NCBI GenBank assembly: GCA_048938105.1
Contig: JBHLMN010000002.1
Span: 160,001 to 224,000, forward strand
DNA from: Promethearchaeota archaeon
Lineage (GTDB): Archaea > Asgardarchaeota > Heimdallarchaeia > Hodarchaeales > Hodarchaeaceae
DNA length: 64,000 bases
Reading direction: 5' to 3'
This document shows, one piece after another, positions 30,000-40,129 of this stretch (within the stretch, counting starts at the first letter, position 1; every line of letters begins with the position of its first letter). The notes beneath the pieces were generated by a model. The model was not told where the DNA came from, made no database searches, and saw only the letters and a list, made by a program, of their open reading frames with translations. A program made the translations under genes and the position numbers.

Positions 30000-30696
30000 G
30001 TGTTCGTTCCAGCTGGTACCAATTTCTAAAGGAACAGATTTACTTGAGGATATTTTTGAGCAAATTGAGGTACAGGTAAAAACTATCAATCAATTACTAC
30101 ATTGGAAGCGTAAACACCTATTATTTCCTAAACCAACATTAAGTACTGATCAAATCTTTGTTTTCTGGGTACATCCCTCTATAGTAGACAAAGCCTTACG
30201 ATTAACAAGAGTAAGAGGAGGATTCAAAATATGTCAAATTGATCGTAAAAGACCTGATTCCTCCACTTACAAGGGTAAAAAACAAAACTCACGACCCCGT
30301 CGGATTTTATTGGACGTTGGTTGTGATGATCCTTTATTTGTCCAGAAATTAATTCATATGGGGTTAGAAGTGGAATTAGTCTGGCGTCATGCTGCGAATC
30401 TTATGAACTATGAAATTATTGAAATTTGTACAGCACAATACATTGATTTGTTTGTGACACGCAACGAACAAATACTGACTCCTACAGAAGAATGGCTCAC
30501 TTATCTTATGCCTCATAGAATAAGGTTATTCTTCCCACCTTCGAAGTTATTGAAGACTCCAGAGGTTTTAGCTCAGGCTATTTATGACCGAGCTCATGCA
30601 AAACGGAAGCGAAAACGACCAAAACCCCACCAGTTACAACTCGTATATTTTAACAACTTAGAACAGAAATCCTCGGAGAATATTCAATCAAAGTGA
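29962..30696 (+). CDS. Hypothetical protein with possible C-terminal PIN-like (DUF5615/Mut7-C) domain
   Basis: RILLDVGC...KLIHMGLEVELV...YEIIEIC...LFVTRNEQI follows the DUF5615 pattern. Confidence 0.5.
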   Translation: MTDELDFFSNFYECSFQLVPISKGTDLLEDIFEQIEVQVKTINQLLHWKRKHLLFPKPTLSTDQIFVFWVHPSIVDKALRLTRVRGGFKICQIDRKRPDSSTYKGKKQNSRPRRILLDVGCDDPLFVQKLIHMGLEVELVWRHAANLMNYEIIEICTAQYIDLFVTRNEQILTPTEEWLTYLMPHRIRLFFPPSKLLKTPEVLAQAIYDRAHAKRKRKRPKPHQLQLVYFNNLEQKSSENIQSK

Positions 30697-30700
30697 AGTT

Positions 30701-31916
30701 TTGCAGTTGATGGTCACTCGTACAGAACAGATCTGGGTAAAACCGAATAGAAACTTCTCTTGGCTTTGTCATTTATCAAAGAACCTCTACAATGAAGGAA
30801 ATTACCTGATCCGTCAGGAATTTTTCAATAATGATAAATGGATTCGGTATAATTCCTTGTATCACCTGCTTAAAACTTCTGATAATTATCACCAACTTCC
30901 AGCTCAAACAGCGCAACAAGTACTGAAAATTCTTGATAGGAGCTGGAAATCCTTTTTCATAACCATCAAAGCGTGGAAGAATGACAATTCAAAATTTAAC
31001 GGAAGACCAAAACCTCCTGGATACAAATCGAAGAATGGAGAGTTTATACTGGTTTTTACGAACCAACAGGTGAAAATAAAGGATTACATCCTTCTTTTCC
31101 CAAAAAAAGTGAGTTTTCGACTAAAAACCAGACTTTACGACAAAGCAGACATCAGAGAGGTACGAATTATCCCAAAAGGGTTGGGGTATATGGTAGAAAT
31201 TGTCTATAAGAAAGAAGTTCATCCTAAACCCTTGAGTAAGGATAATATCATTACAATTGATTTAGGGGTGCGCAACATCATAACTACTGTCAATAATAAT
31301 GGCTTAAAACCATTTATTATCAAAGGTGGGGTTGTTAAATCCATTAATCAATATTATAACAAAAAACGAGCCCGAATTCAATCAACCTATGACCGTCAAG
31401 GAATAAAAACAGGGAAAGTCATACAAAAATTAACTATTAAACGCAATAAGAAAATAAACAACCATTTTCATAAGATCAGTAAGAAAATAATTGAGTACTG
31501 TGTACTACATGACATCGGAACAATGGTGATTGGATACAATCCCGATTGGAAACAAAACTGCCACCTAGGTAAAAAAAAATACCCAGAATTTTGTCACCAT
31601 TCCTTACTACAAGCTAATTCAACAACTAAACTATAAAGCCACAGAACATGGAATAACGGTCATTAAACAAGAAGAAAGGTATTCGAGTAAATGTTCTTTC
31701 TTGGATAACGAGTCCATCGAACATCATAACCAATATCTAGGCCGAAGAATAACTAGAGGGTTATTCAAATCTCAACAAGACATTATCATTAATGCGGACG
31801 TGAATGGGGCGTATAACATTCTGAAAAAAGCATTCCTGAACGCTGTTAATGCTGACAGGATAGAGGCTGTTGGGTTACATCCTACACGATGGAGGTTAGC
31901 TGCGGCAACGGGCTAG
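30701..31916 (+). pseudogene. tnpB: TnpB RNA-guided nuclease (IS200/IS605 family), +1 frameshift in an A9 run
   Basis: SKNLYN, PAQTAQQ, IDLGVRN (RuvC-I) and VIGYNPDWKQ. Removing one A from 31571-31579 continues into NTQNFVTIPY...QEERYSSKCSFLD...INADVNGAYNI (RuvC-III), about 400 aa in total. Confidence 0.9.
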
Positions 31917-31971
31917 TTGATGACCTCGTGTGAATAAAATTGAATAATATATTTTCATCAATTTTGATAAC
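30701..31971 (+). mobile_element. Stand-alone tnpB element (IS1341-like, no tnpA seen)
   Basis: tnpB followed by AT-rich hairpins (ATCAA-TT-TTGAT) typical of a right end; boundaries are approximate. Confidence 0.55.
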
Positions 31972-32309
31972 TTGATTTGTTTGAATTAATATGTTTAAAT
32001 GGGAAGAGAATGAGGAAAGAATTGACAAGTCTTAATTCGCTGCTTAACGCTTTACAGGATACCATATACTTTGAACGAGGTATCTTATAATATTAAGCCA
32101 AATGAAAAATTTAAACACAATTTAACGGCGGTCAGTGTAAAATTAGGAATTCCTTTAATTGAAATTTTGACTAAAATTTCAGTGAGTACTAGTTTTGACG
32201 CTGTTTTTAAGTCGATAACAGAATTAATTATTGATGAGATTCCTTTTATTTCAAAGGTTTTCTTTTATCTTGTAGATCATGAAATTGAAATTATTCAGTG
32301 TATAGGGGA
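31785..32309 (+). repeat. Direct repeat copy 1 (about 525 bp): tnpB 3' end, right end and 5' part of the histidine kinase
   Basis: Aligns with 33287-33809 at an offset of 1502 then 1500. Confidence 0.95.
31800..31990 (+). ncRNA. Putative TnpB omega/reRNA, copy 1
   Basis: Overlaps the tnpB 3' end and right end as in IS200/IS605 elements; nearly identical to copy 2. Confidence 0.45.
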
Positions 32310-32316
32310 TATATAA
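32059..32316 (+). pseudogene. Truncated duplicate of the histidine kinase 5' end
   Basis: Matches the first about 83 codons of 33559-35763; the start ATG is changed to ATA and a stop follows the breakpoint. Confidence 0.85.
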
Positions 32317-32440
32317 TCTGATTAAAACGAAATTATATTCTTTATAGTAAAATAAACTTTGGATATTAAGGATTTGACTGGATTCTATCCTTAATTTCTC
32401 AAGCATACTTAATTAAATTCTCACCATTTATCTTCAATAA

Positions 32441-33016
32441 TTATGACTCAATTGGTTTATAAAACTTATTTAGCCAATTTGCACTTATTAAACAGATAAT
32501 CCCGATGAACATTATTACCAAGAGGTATATATTGAGGACAGGCGGATACCAAGTACTTGCAAAAAAGGTTCCAACTATCCATGGTTCTTGAATCATTATT
32601 ACGATCATGAGTAACCATTCCATAACAATTGAAATAATGGTTAACATGGATAACCACCAAAGGATGGAAAAATTCTCTTTCTTCAAGAACTCAACTATCG
32701 CAAGAATTAGTACTAGAATTCCTAGCAGAACCATACTCCAACCTGGGATTGCGAGATAATCAATTTGGTCTTTAATATGAAAATTCTCAAAATAATATCT
32801 TATATATCCAGATTCATGAATGTAGTACGAGTCAAAGAAATAAGAAAATTTGAGAGTATATGAATAATCCCCCCCTCCCCAATGCCATTCACTCCGTTCG
32901 AAAAAAGGAATTATTTTAGCTGCAGGGATTATCACACATGTGATAAAAAATCCGATAAATAGTAAGAAGCGAAATAGAGGCCCTGTTTTTTGGTCCAGAG
33001 TCAGTTGAAAAAACAT
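32441..33016 (-). CDS. Four-TM membrane protein
   Basis: Four hydrophobic segments with an aromatic-rich loop. Confidence 0.7.
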   Translation of the reverse strand: MFFQLTLDQKTGPLFRFLLFIGFFITCVIIPAAKIIPFFERSEWHWGGGDYSYTLKFSYFFDSYYIHESGYIRYYFENFHIKDQIDYLAIPGWSMVLLGILVLILAIVEFLKKENFSILWWLSMLTIISIVMEWLLMIVIMIQEPWIVGTFFASTWYPPVLNIYLLVIMFIGIICLISANWLNKFYKPIES

Positions 33017-33286
33017 TGGATTTCTCCCTAACCATCACTTACTGTATGTGAATTCATCTTATATGTAGTTATTAAATTTTATACTGAAGACCCTAATAAG
33101 TTTTACGTATATCTTTCTGTTCACGAATCCAGTTTTCTGATCAGATAATCAGATACAGTCCTGATTTAGAAACTATCTATAATTCTCATGGAATTTAGTT
33201 AAAATTCTCTATTTTTTAGTTTATATTCTGGAGATATTTCTCCAATTAGTTAAAGTGACAAGGTTTCATTGTAATAAAAGTATGAA

Positions 33287-33809
33287 ATCATAAATGTGGA
33301 TGTGAATGGGGCGTATAACATTCTGAAAAAAGCATTCCTGAACGCTGTTAATGCTGACAGGATAGAGGCTGTTGTTACATCCTACACGATGGAGGTTAGC
33401 TGCGGCAACGGGCTAGTTGATGACCTCGCGTGAATAAAATTAAATAATATATTTTCATCAATTTTGATAACTTGATGTGTTTGAATTAATATGTTTAAAT
33501 GGGAAGAGAGTTAGTGAAGAATTGACATGTCATATTCCGCTGCTTAACACTTTACAGGATGCCGTACACTTTGGATGAGGTATCTCACAGTATAAAACCA
33601 AGTGGAAAATTTAAGCGTAATTTATCAGCGGTCAGTGTCAAATTAGGAATTCCCTTAATTAAAATTTTGACCAAAATATCAGTGAGTACTAGTTTTGATG
33701 CTGTTTTTAAATCGATAACAGAATTAATTATTGGTGAGATTCCTTTTGTTTCAAAGGTATACTTTTACCTTGTGGATCATGAAATTGAGATTATTCAGTG
33801 TATAGGGGA
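33287..33809 (+). repeat. Direct repeat copy 2 (orphan tnpB 3' end/omega RNA plus kinase 5' end)
   Basis: Aligns with 31785-32309. Confidence 0.95.
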
Positions 33810-35763
33810 AGTGGATACCAATTTAAAATTCATATCTGGCAATGAAAATAGATCTGGGATCGAAATTATTCAAGATTTTCATCGAGGTATCTTGGGAAAG
33901 ACTGTACAAACAAAAAAACTTACATCCTCATATTCAGCCACTTCAAGTCAATCCCAAATAGATAATCTTGACAAAAACGAAATTTGTATCCCTATAAAGT
34001 TCGAGAATGAAATCATTGGCATATTACACATAAAAAGGCAGAATATGCAAAGATTCACTGATGAGGATCAAGAAAAATTAATTTTTATCTCTAACGCGCT
34101 TGGAGGTTTTATTAAGTCGAAGCTTTTAACCTATCAGCTTCAACGATCTAAAAATAATATTCTGAAAGCAAAAATTGACTTAGAAGAATTAAATGAATTT
34201 CAGGAAGAAATTTTTAGATCAATAGATGAGGGTTTGATTCTAGAAGATGAGAATTTTCGAATCCTCTACCTGAATCCTAAGGCTGAAGATGAATTAGGAT
34301 ATACTACTGAAGAGTTGAAAAATAAAAGTTATGCGACAATAGTTAGTGATAATGCAATCTTTAAAGTGCACACTGAAACCAAGAAACAAAAAATGGGGAT
34401 CCGTAGTTCATATCGAGCAGAATTACTTAAGAAAGATGAGACAACACTTCCAGTTTTAATTCAAGCTGCACCGTTTTATAGGGAAGGGCATTTTAAAGGA
34501 GTAATGCTTGCATTTACAAATCTGAGTCCTATTATAAAAATAGAAGAAGAAATCTTGGAATTAAAAGAGTATCATCAAGCAATTTTGAATAACTTACCAA
34601 TTGGTATAATTGGTATTAATATAGATAAACGAATTGGGTATATCAATAATTATCTACAACAATTGATTGGGGTAATAGTGCTAGGAGATCATATGAATGA
34701 TATTTTTTTAAAGCATTTCAAAGGTCTTGCTTCAACATCAATATTACACCTCATGGAGGAGAGTTTCGACGAAAGAAGTAGTTTTCATTCAAATGAAATC
34801 CCATTAACTATAAAAAAGAAAAAGATCATAGTAAATATCTCATTTACACCTTTATTTGGCTATTCAGATGAATTTATTGGAGCAGCGTTAGTGATTGAAG
34901 ATGATACTGCGATTTATACTCTTATTGATAGATTAAAAGAAACAACCAAAGCATTAGAAGACAGACAAGACCGACTTATACGTGAGACTCAACAAAAGAC
35001 TGAGTTTCAACATAAACTCATCAAGCGAACTAAGGCATTAAGACAAAAACATATTGAAATGGAAAGTTTTGTATACTCTATTAGTCATGACTTGAAGGCT
35101 CCTATTGTTTCCATCCAAGGATATATCCAAGCTCTCTTGGAGGATCTCGGAAATTCCCTAAATTCAGAGATAAATTTCTATATTGATAGAATCAAGAAGA
35201 ATACTGACTATGCTAAACGGTTAATTCTAGATATTTTAGAATACAGTAGACTGGGTCAGGATACAATTGCCATTCAAGAAGTTTTATCCTTAGAAATCAT
35301 CCATAGTGCAGTTAATGCAATAAAATCCAAAGTAGGGTTCGAGAATTTCGAAATTAACATTAACCCAGCAATTTATCCTAAAATTAAGTGTCAACCTGAA
35401 AGAATTCATCAAGTGTTTGTAAATCTGATAGATAATGCCCTAAAATACAAAGATAATACAAAAGAGAAATCTCATCTAGATATATTCCTTGAAGAAGAGG
35501 AAGGTTTTTATATTTTCGTATTTCAAGATAATGGAATAGGAATTCCAGATAATCAACGTGATAGAATCTTTATTATGTTCGAACGAGGTCATGAGTACTC
35601 ATCAGACATAATTGAAGGAAGTGGAATTGGATTAGCATTCTCTAAAAAAATAATTGAGATCCATAATGGTCGTATTACTGTTGATAGCCAAGTCGGAATT
35701 GGATCTACTTTTCGAGTTTGGCTTCCAAAACGACCTAGTTTCCAAAAAGATAGGTTATTTTAA
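33559..35763 (+). CDS. Sensor histidine kinase GAF-PAS-PAS-HisKA-HATPase
   Basis: EICIPIK...IIGIL (GAF), two PAS domains, SISHDLKAP, NLIDNALKY, DNGIGI, GSGIGL and GSTF. Confidence 0.93.
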   Translation: MPYTLDEVSHSIKPSGKFKRNLSAVSVKLGIPLIKILTKISVSTSFDAVFKSITELIIGEIPFVSKVYFYLVDHEIEIIQCIGEVDTNLKFISGNENRSGIEIIQDFHRGILGKTVQTKKLTSSYSATSSQSQIDNLDKNEICIPIKFENEIIGILHIKRQNMQRFTDEDQEKLIFISNALGGFIKSKLLTYQLQRSKNNILKAKIDLEELNEFQEEIFRSIDEGLILEDENFRILYLNPKAEDELGYTTEELKNKSYATIVSDNAIFKVHTETKKQKMGIRSSYRAELLKKDETTLPVLIQAAPFYREGHFKGVMLAFTNLSPIIKIEEEILELKEYHQAILNNLPIGIIGINIDKRIGYINNYLQQLIGVIVLGDHMNDIFLKHFKGLASTSILHLMEESFDERSSFHSNEIPLTIKKKKIIVNISFTPLFGYSDEFIGAALVIEDDTAIYTLIDRLKETTKALEDRQDRLIRETQQKTEFQHKLIKRTKALRQKHIEMESFVYSISHDLKAPIVSIQGYIQALLEDLGNSLNSEINFYIDRIKKNTDYAKRLILDILEYSRLGQDTIAIQEVLSLEIIHSAVNAIKSKVGFENFEININPAIYPKIKCQPERIHQVFVNLIDNALKYKDNTKEKSHLDIFLEEEEGFYIFVFQDNGIGIPDNQRDRIFIMFERGHEYSSDIIEGSGIGLAFSKKIIEIHNGRITVDSQVGIGSTFRVWLPKRPSFQKDRLF

Positions 35764-35840
35764 CATTTTTTATAATTTATTTACGATTATAAATTAAATA
35801 GCTCTGGAATAATAAAGTATATAAGAAAATAATACGTAGA

Positions 35841-37277
35841 TTGGTATGTTCTTACAGAAATGAGGGCCTTATTGTGGAAAATGAGTTGAATTTTTCAGTC
35901 TTTGTTCAGGAGCATCTTAAAGGCAGGTCGTCAACTGAACGCGAAGCACTCGCGTTAGCTATAGGGTTTAATCCTCAGTTAGAGAGAAAATTTAAGCTAA
36001 AACAGTTGAAAGACGCTGGAAAGAGCCAGGACTTGATAATAAAACGGGCTGCTCTAACTGGACTAGCATTTTCATCAGTCCAAGATTCTAAAGGAGGAAA
36101 AGAGCAGAAAAAAACGTTAAAAGACTCTCTAAATGATCCCTTAACAACAATAAAGATGACTGCAGCAATAGCTATAGGAATAAATAGTTTCTTCTCTAAC
36201 AATAAAAAAATCCAAAAAAAAAGCTATAATGAATTTAAGAAAAAGATCAAAAAAGCTGATCATTTTGTAAAGCAAGGATATGCAGTTGGTTTAGGCCTTC
36301 TGGCGAAATTTCAAGATACGCAGAAAGATAGTCTTAAAGCAATTTTAGAAGCTTACAATCCAGGAGAAATGGGGAGTCCAGACAATTATTTAGTGGGACT
36401 CACACTGGCAGCTATCAACGCTGAAAGAGCAGAAGAGGGGTTTGACTTTATTTCTGAATCAATCATTCCCAACTTATCAAACAAGGAGAGTCGCAGAATT
36501 GCAATGATGTGTGCTGCTTTCTTGCTTCCGTTGATCTCTGATCCAGGAATTAGAGTGGGAAAACTTGAAAAAATAATAAAAAGAGGTATAGAGTTCCATT
36601 CGAAGTTCGGAACAGATTCAGCACTAATTCTAACCTATTTATCACTTCTTAATGATGAGAAACAGAAAGAAAATTTCCACATTCGCTTATTAGGACTTAA
36701 GGATCTAGATCCTGATTATGAACAGATTTTCAACATTCTCAAGGAGAATAAAACAATCACAGATGTTTTAAAGGCGTTATTACAGTGTAATACTTTAGAT
36801 ATTAAAGCAGCAGGGATTACTGCGAGTTATTTTCTGGAAACTGAAAAGTCTCTTGCTGATTTAGGGGCATTCATTGAAGAAGGACTTCAACAACGGGGTT
36901 CTGGTTACTTTGATCGGTTTCTTGTGTTGTTAAGAGCATTCTCCTTCATTCTCATGCGTAGAGAGTATAATCGGGCAAAAGAGTTTGAAGCTTTTTTCTA
37001 TTCAAACGATCAACGGATAAAACGCTTTGCTGGCCTTTCTTATGCTTGTCTTCAAGCTTTGCAAGAAAACTTTCAAGATGTCTATACTAGATTAGAAAAT
37101 GAGATAGATGAACATGTCCGTTGGGGATTACTTGTTGGTATTTCTATCTATGAAAGTATTGGTAGAGATATATTAGAGGACGAATTGATTATTGGACTCT
37201 TATTGTTGTGTCTTGGTTTTATTGATGTGAGCACAATATTATTGCTTTCTCAAGCTATGATTTCAAAATTTTATTAA
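35841..37277 (+). CDS. PC/HEAT-like alpha-helical repeat protein
   Basis: About 11 repeats of roughly 35-40 aa with G/A-rich hydrophobic helices (KRAALTGLAF, KMTAAIAIGI, VKQGYAVGLGL, HVRWGLLVGISI). Confidence 0.7.
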   Translation: MVCSYRNEGLIVENELNFSVFVQEHLKGRSSTEREALALAIGFNPQLERKFKLKQLKDAGKSQDLIIKRAALTGLAFSSVQDSKGGKEQKKTLKDSLNDPLTTIKMTAAIAIGINSFFSNNKKIQKKSYNEFKKKIKKADHFVKQGYAVGLGLLAKFQDTQKDSLKAILEAYNPGEMGSPDNYLVGLTLAAINAERAEEGFDFISESIIPNLSNKESRRIAMMCAAFLLPLISDPGIRVGKLEKIIKRGIEFHSKFGTDSALILTYLSLLNDEKQKENFHIRLLGLKDLDPDYEQIFNILKENKTITDVLKALLQCNTLDIKAAGITASYFLETEKSLADLGAFIEEGLQQRGSGYFDRFLVLLRAFSFILMRREYNRAKEFEAFFYSNDQRIKRFAGLSYACLQALQENFQDVYTRLENEIDEHVRWGLLVGISIYESIGRDILEDELIIGLLLLCLGFIDVSTILLLSQAMISKFY

Positions 37278-37287
37278 TAAATTATAG

Positions 37288-38772
37288 CTATAACCTAAGT
37301 CGCCAACGGTAATAATTAACCATATAACGAAAAGCTTGAACCATTCTAGCGGGGCTAGGGAAGATAGGATAGTCTTGTGACTCAAGAAATTGTATTGATG
37401 GCGAATTATGAGCTGTCAATAAAGTCGTTATCAGAATAGGTTTATTGTAACTTCGCGAGAGCTTGATAACTTCTTTAAAAAGATCTACTTCTAAATCAGA
37501 GATAAGATCAAGTTGATCTTTGTTCTCATCAAGAATGAAAGGGGATTTTTTCGCTAGATTTGCTAAATAAGCTATTCCTCCAACTCCCAAGAGAAATATA
37601 GCTTCAACCATAGGCATTTCATCAAAGATAATTTGGATAATTTCTTTAACATCGTTTAAGTTTAGTGAAGCAACGGTATCAATCGGATTTCCTTTCGACC
37701 AATATGGTGGGAGTAGCTGATCAATTTTCTTGTACGCATTTTCATTTAATGGAACTAGATTTATTCCCTGTCTTGAGCATTCGTCCGCTGCCATTACCCC
37801 CCAACCACCACCCCTTGTTAAAATAACAACTTTACCTCGTGGAAACTTCATTTCGGCCCATAGAGAAAAAACTAACACAAGGTCAAACATTTCGTCAAGG
37901 GAATCAACAAGTATCGCTCCTGCATTTTCTAGAATATTTCGAAAGACTTGGTCATCGCCAGTAATTGCTCCCGTATGCGAAAGGGCAGCACGACTACCAG
38001 CTGTTGTTCCTCCTGCTTTTAATATAATGACTGGCTTGTTCTTTGATATTTCTTTCACTAATTTCACAAATCGCCTCGGATTTTGTACCCCTTCGACATA
38101 AAAGCCAATAACTTTGGTTTGCGAGTCATATCTACCAAAATATTCTAAGTAATCAGCCATTGTTAGATCGGCCATATTACCAGCAGAGACATAGACATTA
38201 AGGCCGATTCCTCTTCTTGAAGCTACAGTTAATCCAATGGTACCAATATTTCCTGATTGGGATACAAAGGCCATTCCCCCTTGTTTCAAGCCCGTAACTG
38301 GCCACATAACAGCTGTTAAATTCACACGAGTTGAAACTACACCCATTCCATTAGGACCAATAATTCGAATGCTGTTCTGTTGAGCGTATGCAACTATTTT
38401 CTCCTCTAATTTACGCCCCTCTTCTCCTGATTCTCTAAAACCAGCAGAAATGATAACTACATGATGTACATTTCTCTGTTTTGCCTGTTCAAGAATCGAT
38501 AGGACAGATTTTGCGGGGATAATTATAATAACAAGGTCAAGTTGTACTTCTTTTGGAATGTCAAGAATTGATGGATAGGATTTATATCCTAGGATCTCTT
38601 CTCTCTTAGGATTAACAGGAAAAAATTGCCCAGTATAGTTATTCTGGACGATATTATGTGCAACAATAAACCCCCAACTTGAAATCTTGTCGCTAGCACC
38701 AACTAGGGCGATCGCTTGAGGTTCAAAGATTGGATTCAAATTCAGATCCTTGTCTAGATCCATATACATCAT
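37288..38772 (-). CDS. acdA: ADP-forming acyl-CoA synthetase (acetate-CoA ligase) alpha subunit
   Basis: ALVGAS, ISAGFRE, IIGPNGMG, SQSG, AALSHTGA phospho-His and NPIDT. Confidence 0.88.
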   Translation of the reverse strand: MMYMDLDKDLNLNPIFEPQAIALVGASDKISSWGFIVAHNIVQNNYTGQFFPVNPKREEILGYKSYPSILDIPKEVQLDLVIIIIPAKSVLSILEQAKQRNVHHVVIISAGFRESGEEGRKLEEKIVAYAQQNSIRIIGPNGMGVVSTRVNLTAVMWPVTGLKQGGMAFVSQSGNIGTIGLTVASRRGIGLNVYVSAGNMADLTMADYLEYFGRYDSQTKVIGFYVEGVQNPRRFVKLVKEISKNKPVIILKAGGTTAGSRAALSHTGAITGDDQVFRNILENAGAILVDSLDEMFDLVLVFSLWAEMKFPRGKVVILTRGGGWGVMAADECSRQGINLVPLNENAYKKIDQLLPPYWSKGNPIDTVASLNLNDVKEIIQIIFDEMPMVEAIFLLGVGGIAYLANLAKKSPFILDENKDQLDLISDLEVDLFKEVIKLSRSYNKPILITTLLTAHNSPSIQFLESQDYPIFPSPARMVQAFRYMVNYYRWRLRL

Positions 38773-38901
38773 CCAACTGCTGGTTCATCATGGAAAAAGG
38801 CAGGTTTAAGGAAAAAATTCTGAAATAATAAAGATTCTTTTAAGATTCAGGGGAAGGCTTTTATGGTTATGAAATACTCACTTTTCAACAGGTGGACTTA
38901 A

Positions 38902-39357
38902 GTGCGGTTCTTGAAAACTGAAGAGCTAGAAGAAAGTTGGAAATCCCTCATCTATCCTCCTAAGCAATTAGGAGACGTGACTCTTGATCTAACAGTAAAA
39001 AAAATCCTTAGATTTAAAAATCAAGGAGTTCTAGATTTTGGGGGTAGTGAATATCATCCTGCAGACCTAGAACCACTATTACCAAAAATCGAAGATGATC
39101 CAAAGTATGGTTGGTGGAATCTCTCCAAAGGAGGTTATTTTGTAGAGTATAATGAGACTCTTCCCAAAACTAACAATTTAGTGTTGATTTATCCTCATCA
39201 GCGTCTTCTTATGACAGGATGTTTTCAAATACCTTTTATCTTCAGATACTCTGATGATTCTAAAGCGATTCAGGGATTATTGGTTGTTAATAAAGAGGGG
39301 GTTCGAATTAAAGAGAATGCTCGGATATCTACAGCAATCACAATCTTAATAGATTAA
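38902..39357 (+). CDS. dCTP deaminase/dUTPase-like protein
   Basis: LDLTV, LDFGGSEY, YGWWNL, YFVEYNE and ENARIS. Confidence 0.75.
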   Translation: MRFLKTEELEESWKSLIYPPKQLGDVTLDLTVKKILRFKNQGVLDFGGSEYHPADLEPLLPKIEDDPKYGWWNLSKGGYFVEYNETLPKTNNLVLIYPHQRLLMTGCFQIPFIFRYSDDSKAIQGLLVVNKEGVRIKENARISTAITILID

Positions 39358-39427
39358 AAGAACCTCCTAATCTCGGTAAGACCTCCTCTACTAAAGTAGC
39401 AATAGTACTGGAAGAGAAAAAAGGTCA

Positions 39428-40021
39428 CTATTCGTTAAATTCATCAATTTCTGGAATTTTCGTTCGAGCAATGCGGTCAAAAAACTCTAACTCATTGAAA
39501 TAACGGGTTGGCATAATTTGACCTCTCTTAAGCTTGAAGTAAATTTTCTGGCCTTGAAAGAAGTCATCACTTAGAACAATCAAGCCAGATTCCTTATTAT
39601 GAGACGAATTAAAGTCAGTTAAGTGTGTTGGAGACCACATTAGGGGTTTCGAATTAAGAATAATGTAACCTTTTGAGGGTATAATCTCGAAACCTAATAG
39701 CAAATCTTTCATAATCCATAATGGTATGGCAAACTGCTTATTTTCGAAAGATCCGAGGAGAGCAAGCTCAACTCTATCGGAATTAGAATCATTTGGATCA
39801 TATTTTCGAAGAATGAAACTAATTTCGCCATCTTGAAGAAAAACCTTTAGAAAGTTCCAGAAACAATTTTTACTCTGGATTCGATATATTTTTGCTGGAA
39901 GTTCAAAAAGATTGGCAAATGATGCCCCAAAATCGCCAATCTCGAACTCCACAATCCATTCTCGTTGTTCTAAATCCAGATAATCATTAATTGATTGTTG
40001 TTTCAGCTTTTTCTTCATCAT
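39428..40021 (-). CDS. Hypothetical protein, possibly NIP7/PUA-like, with N-terminal PIP-box-like motif
   Basis: QQSINDYL at the N-terminus; LLGSFENKQFAIPL...GYIIL loosely follows pre-PUA/PUA spacing. Confidence 0.55.
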   Translation of the reverse strand: MMKKKLKQQSINDYLDLEQREWIVEFEIGDFGASFANLFELPAKIYRIQSKNCFWNFLKVFLQDGEISFILRKYDPNDSNSDRVELALLGSFENKQFAIPLWIMKDLLLGFEIIPSKGYIILNSKPLMWSPTHLTDFNSSHNKESGLIVLSDDFFQGQKIYFKLKRGQIMPTRYFNELEFFDRIARTKIPEIDEFNE

Positions 40022-40129
40022 ATTTTCTCACTTTCACTATTCACTCTCAGAGTCCCTTTATATACACCCTAAAATTTTTGGAGGAAATTCTGAAAAGTAC
40101 ATTAAACTAATTAAATTGAGGATTAAAAA

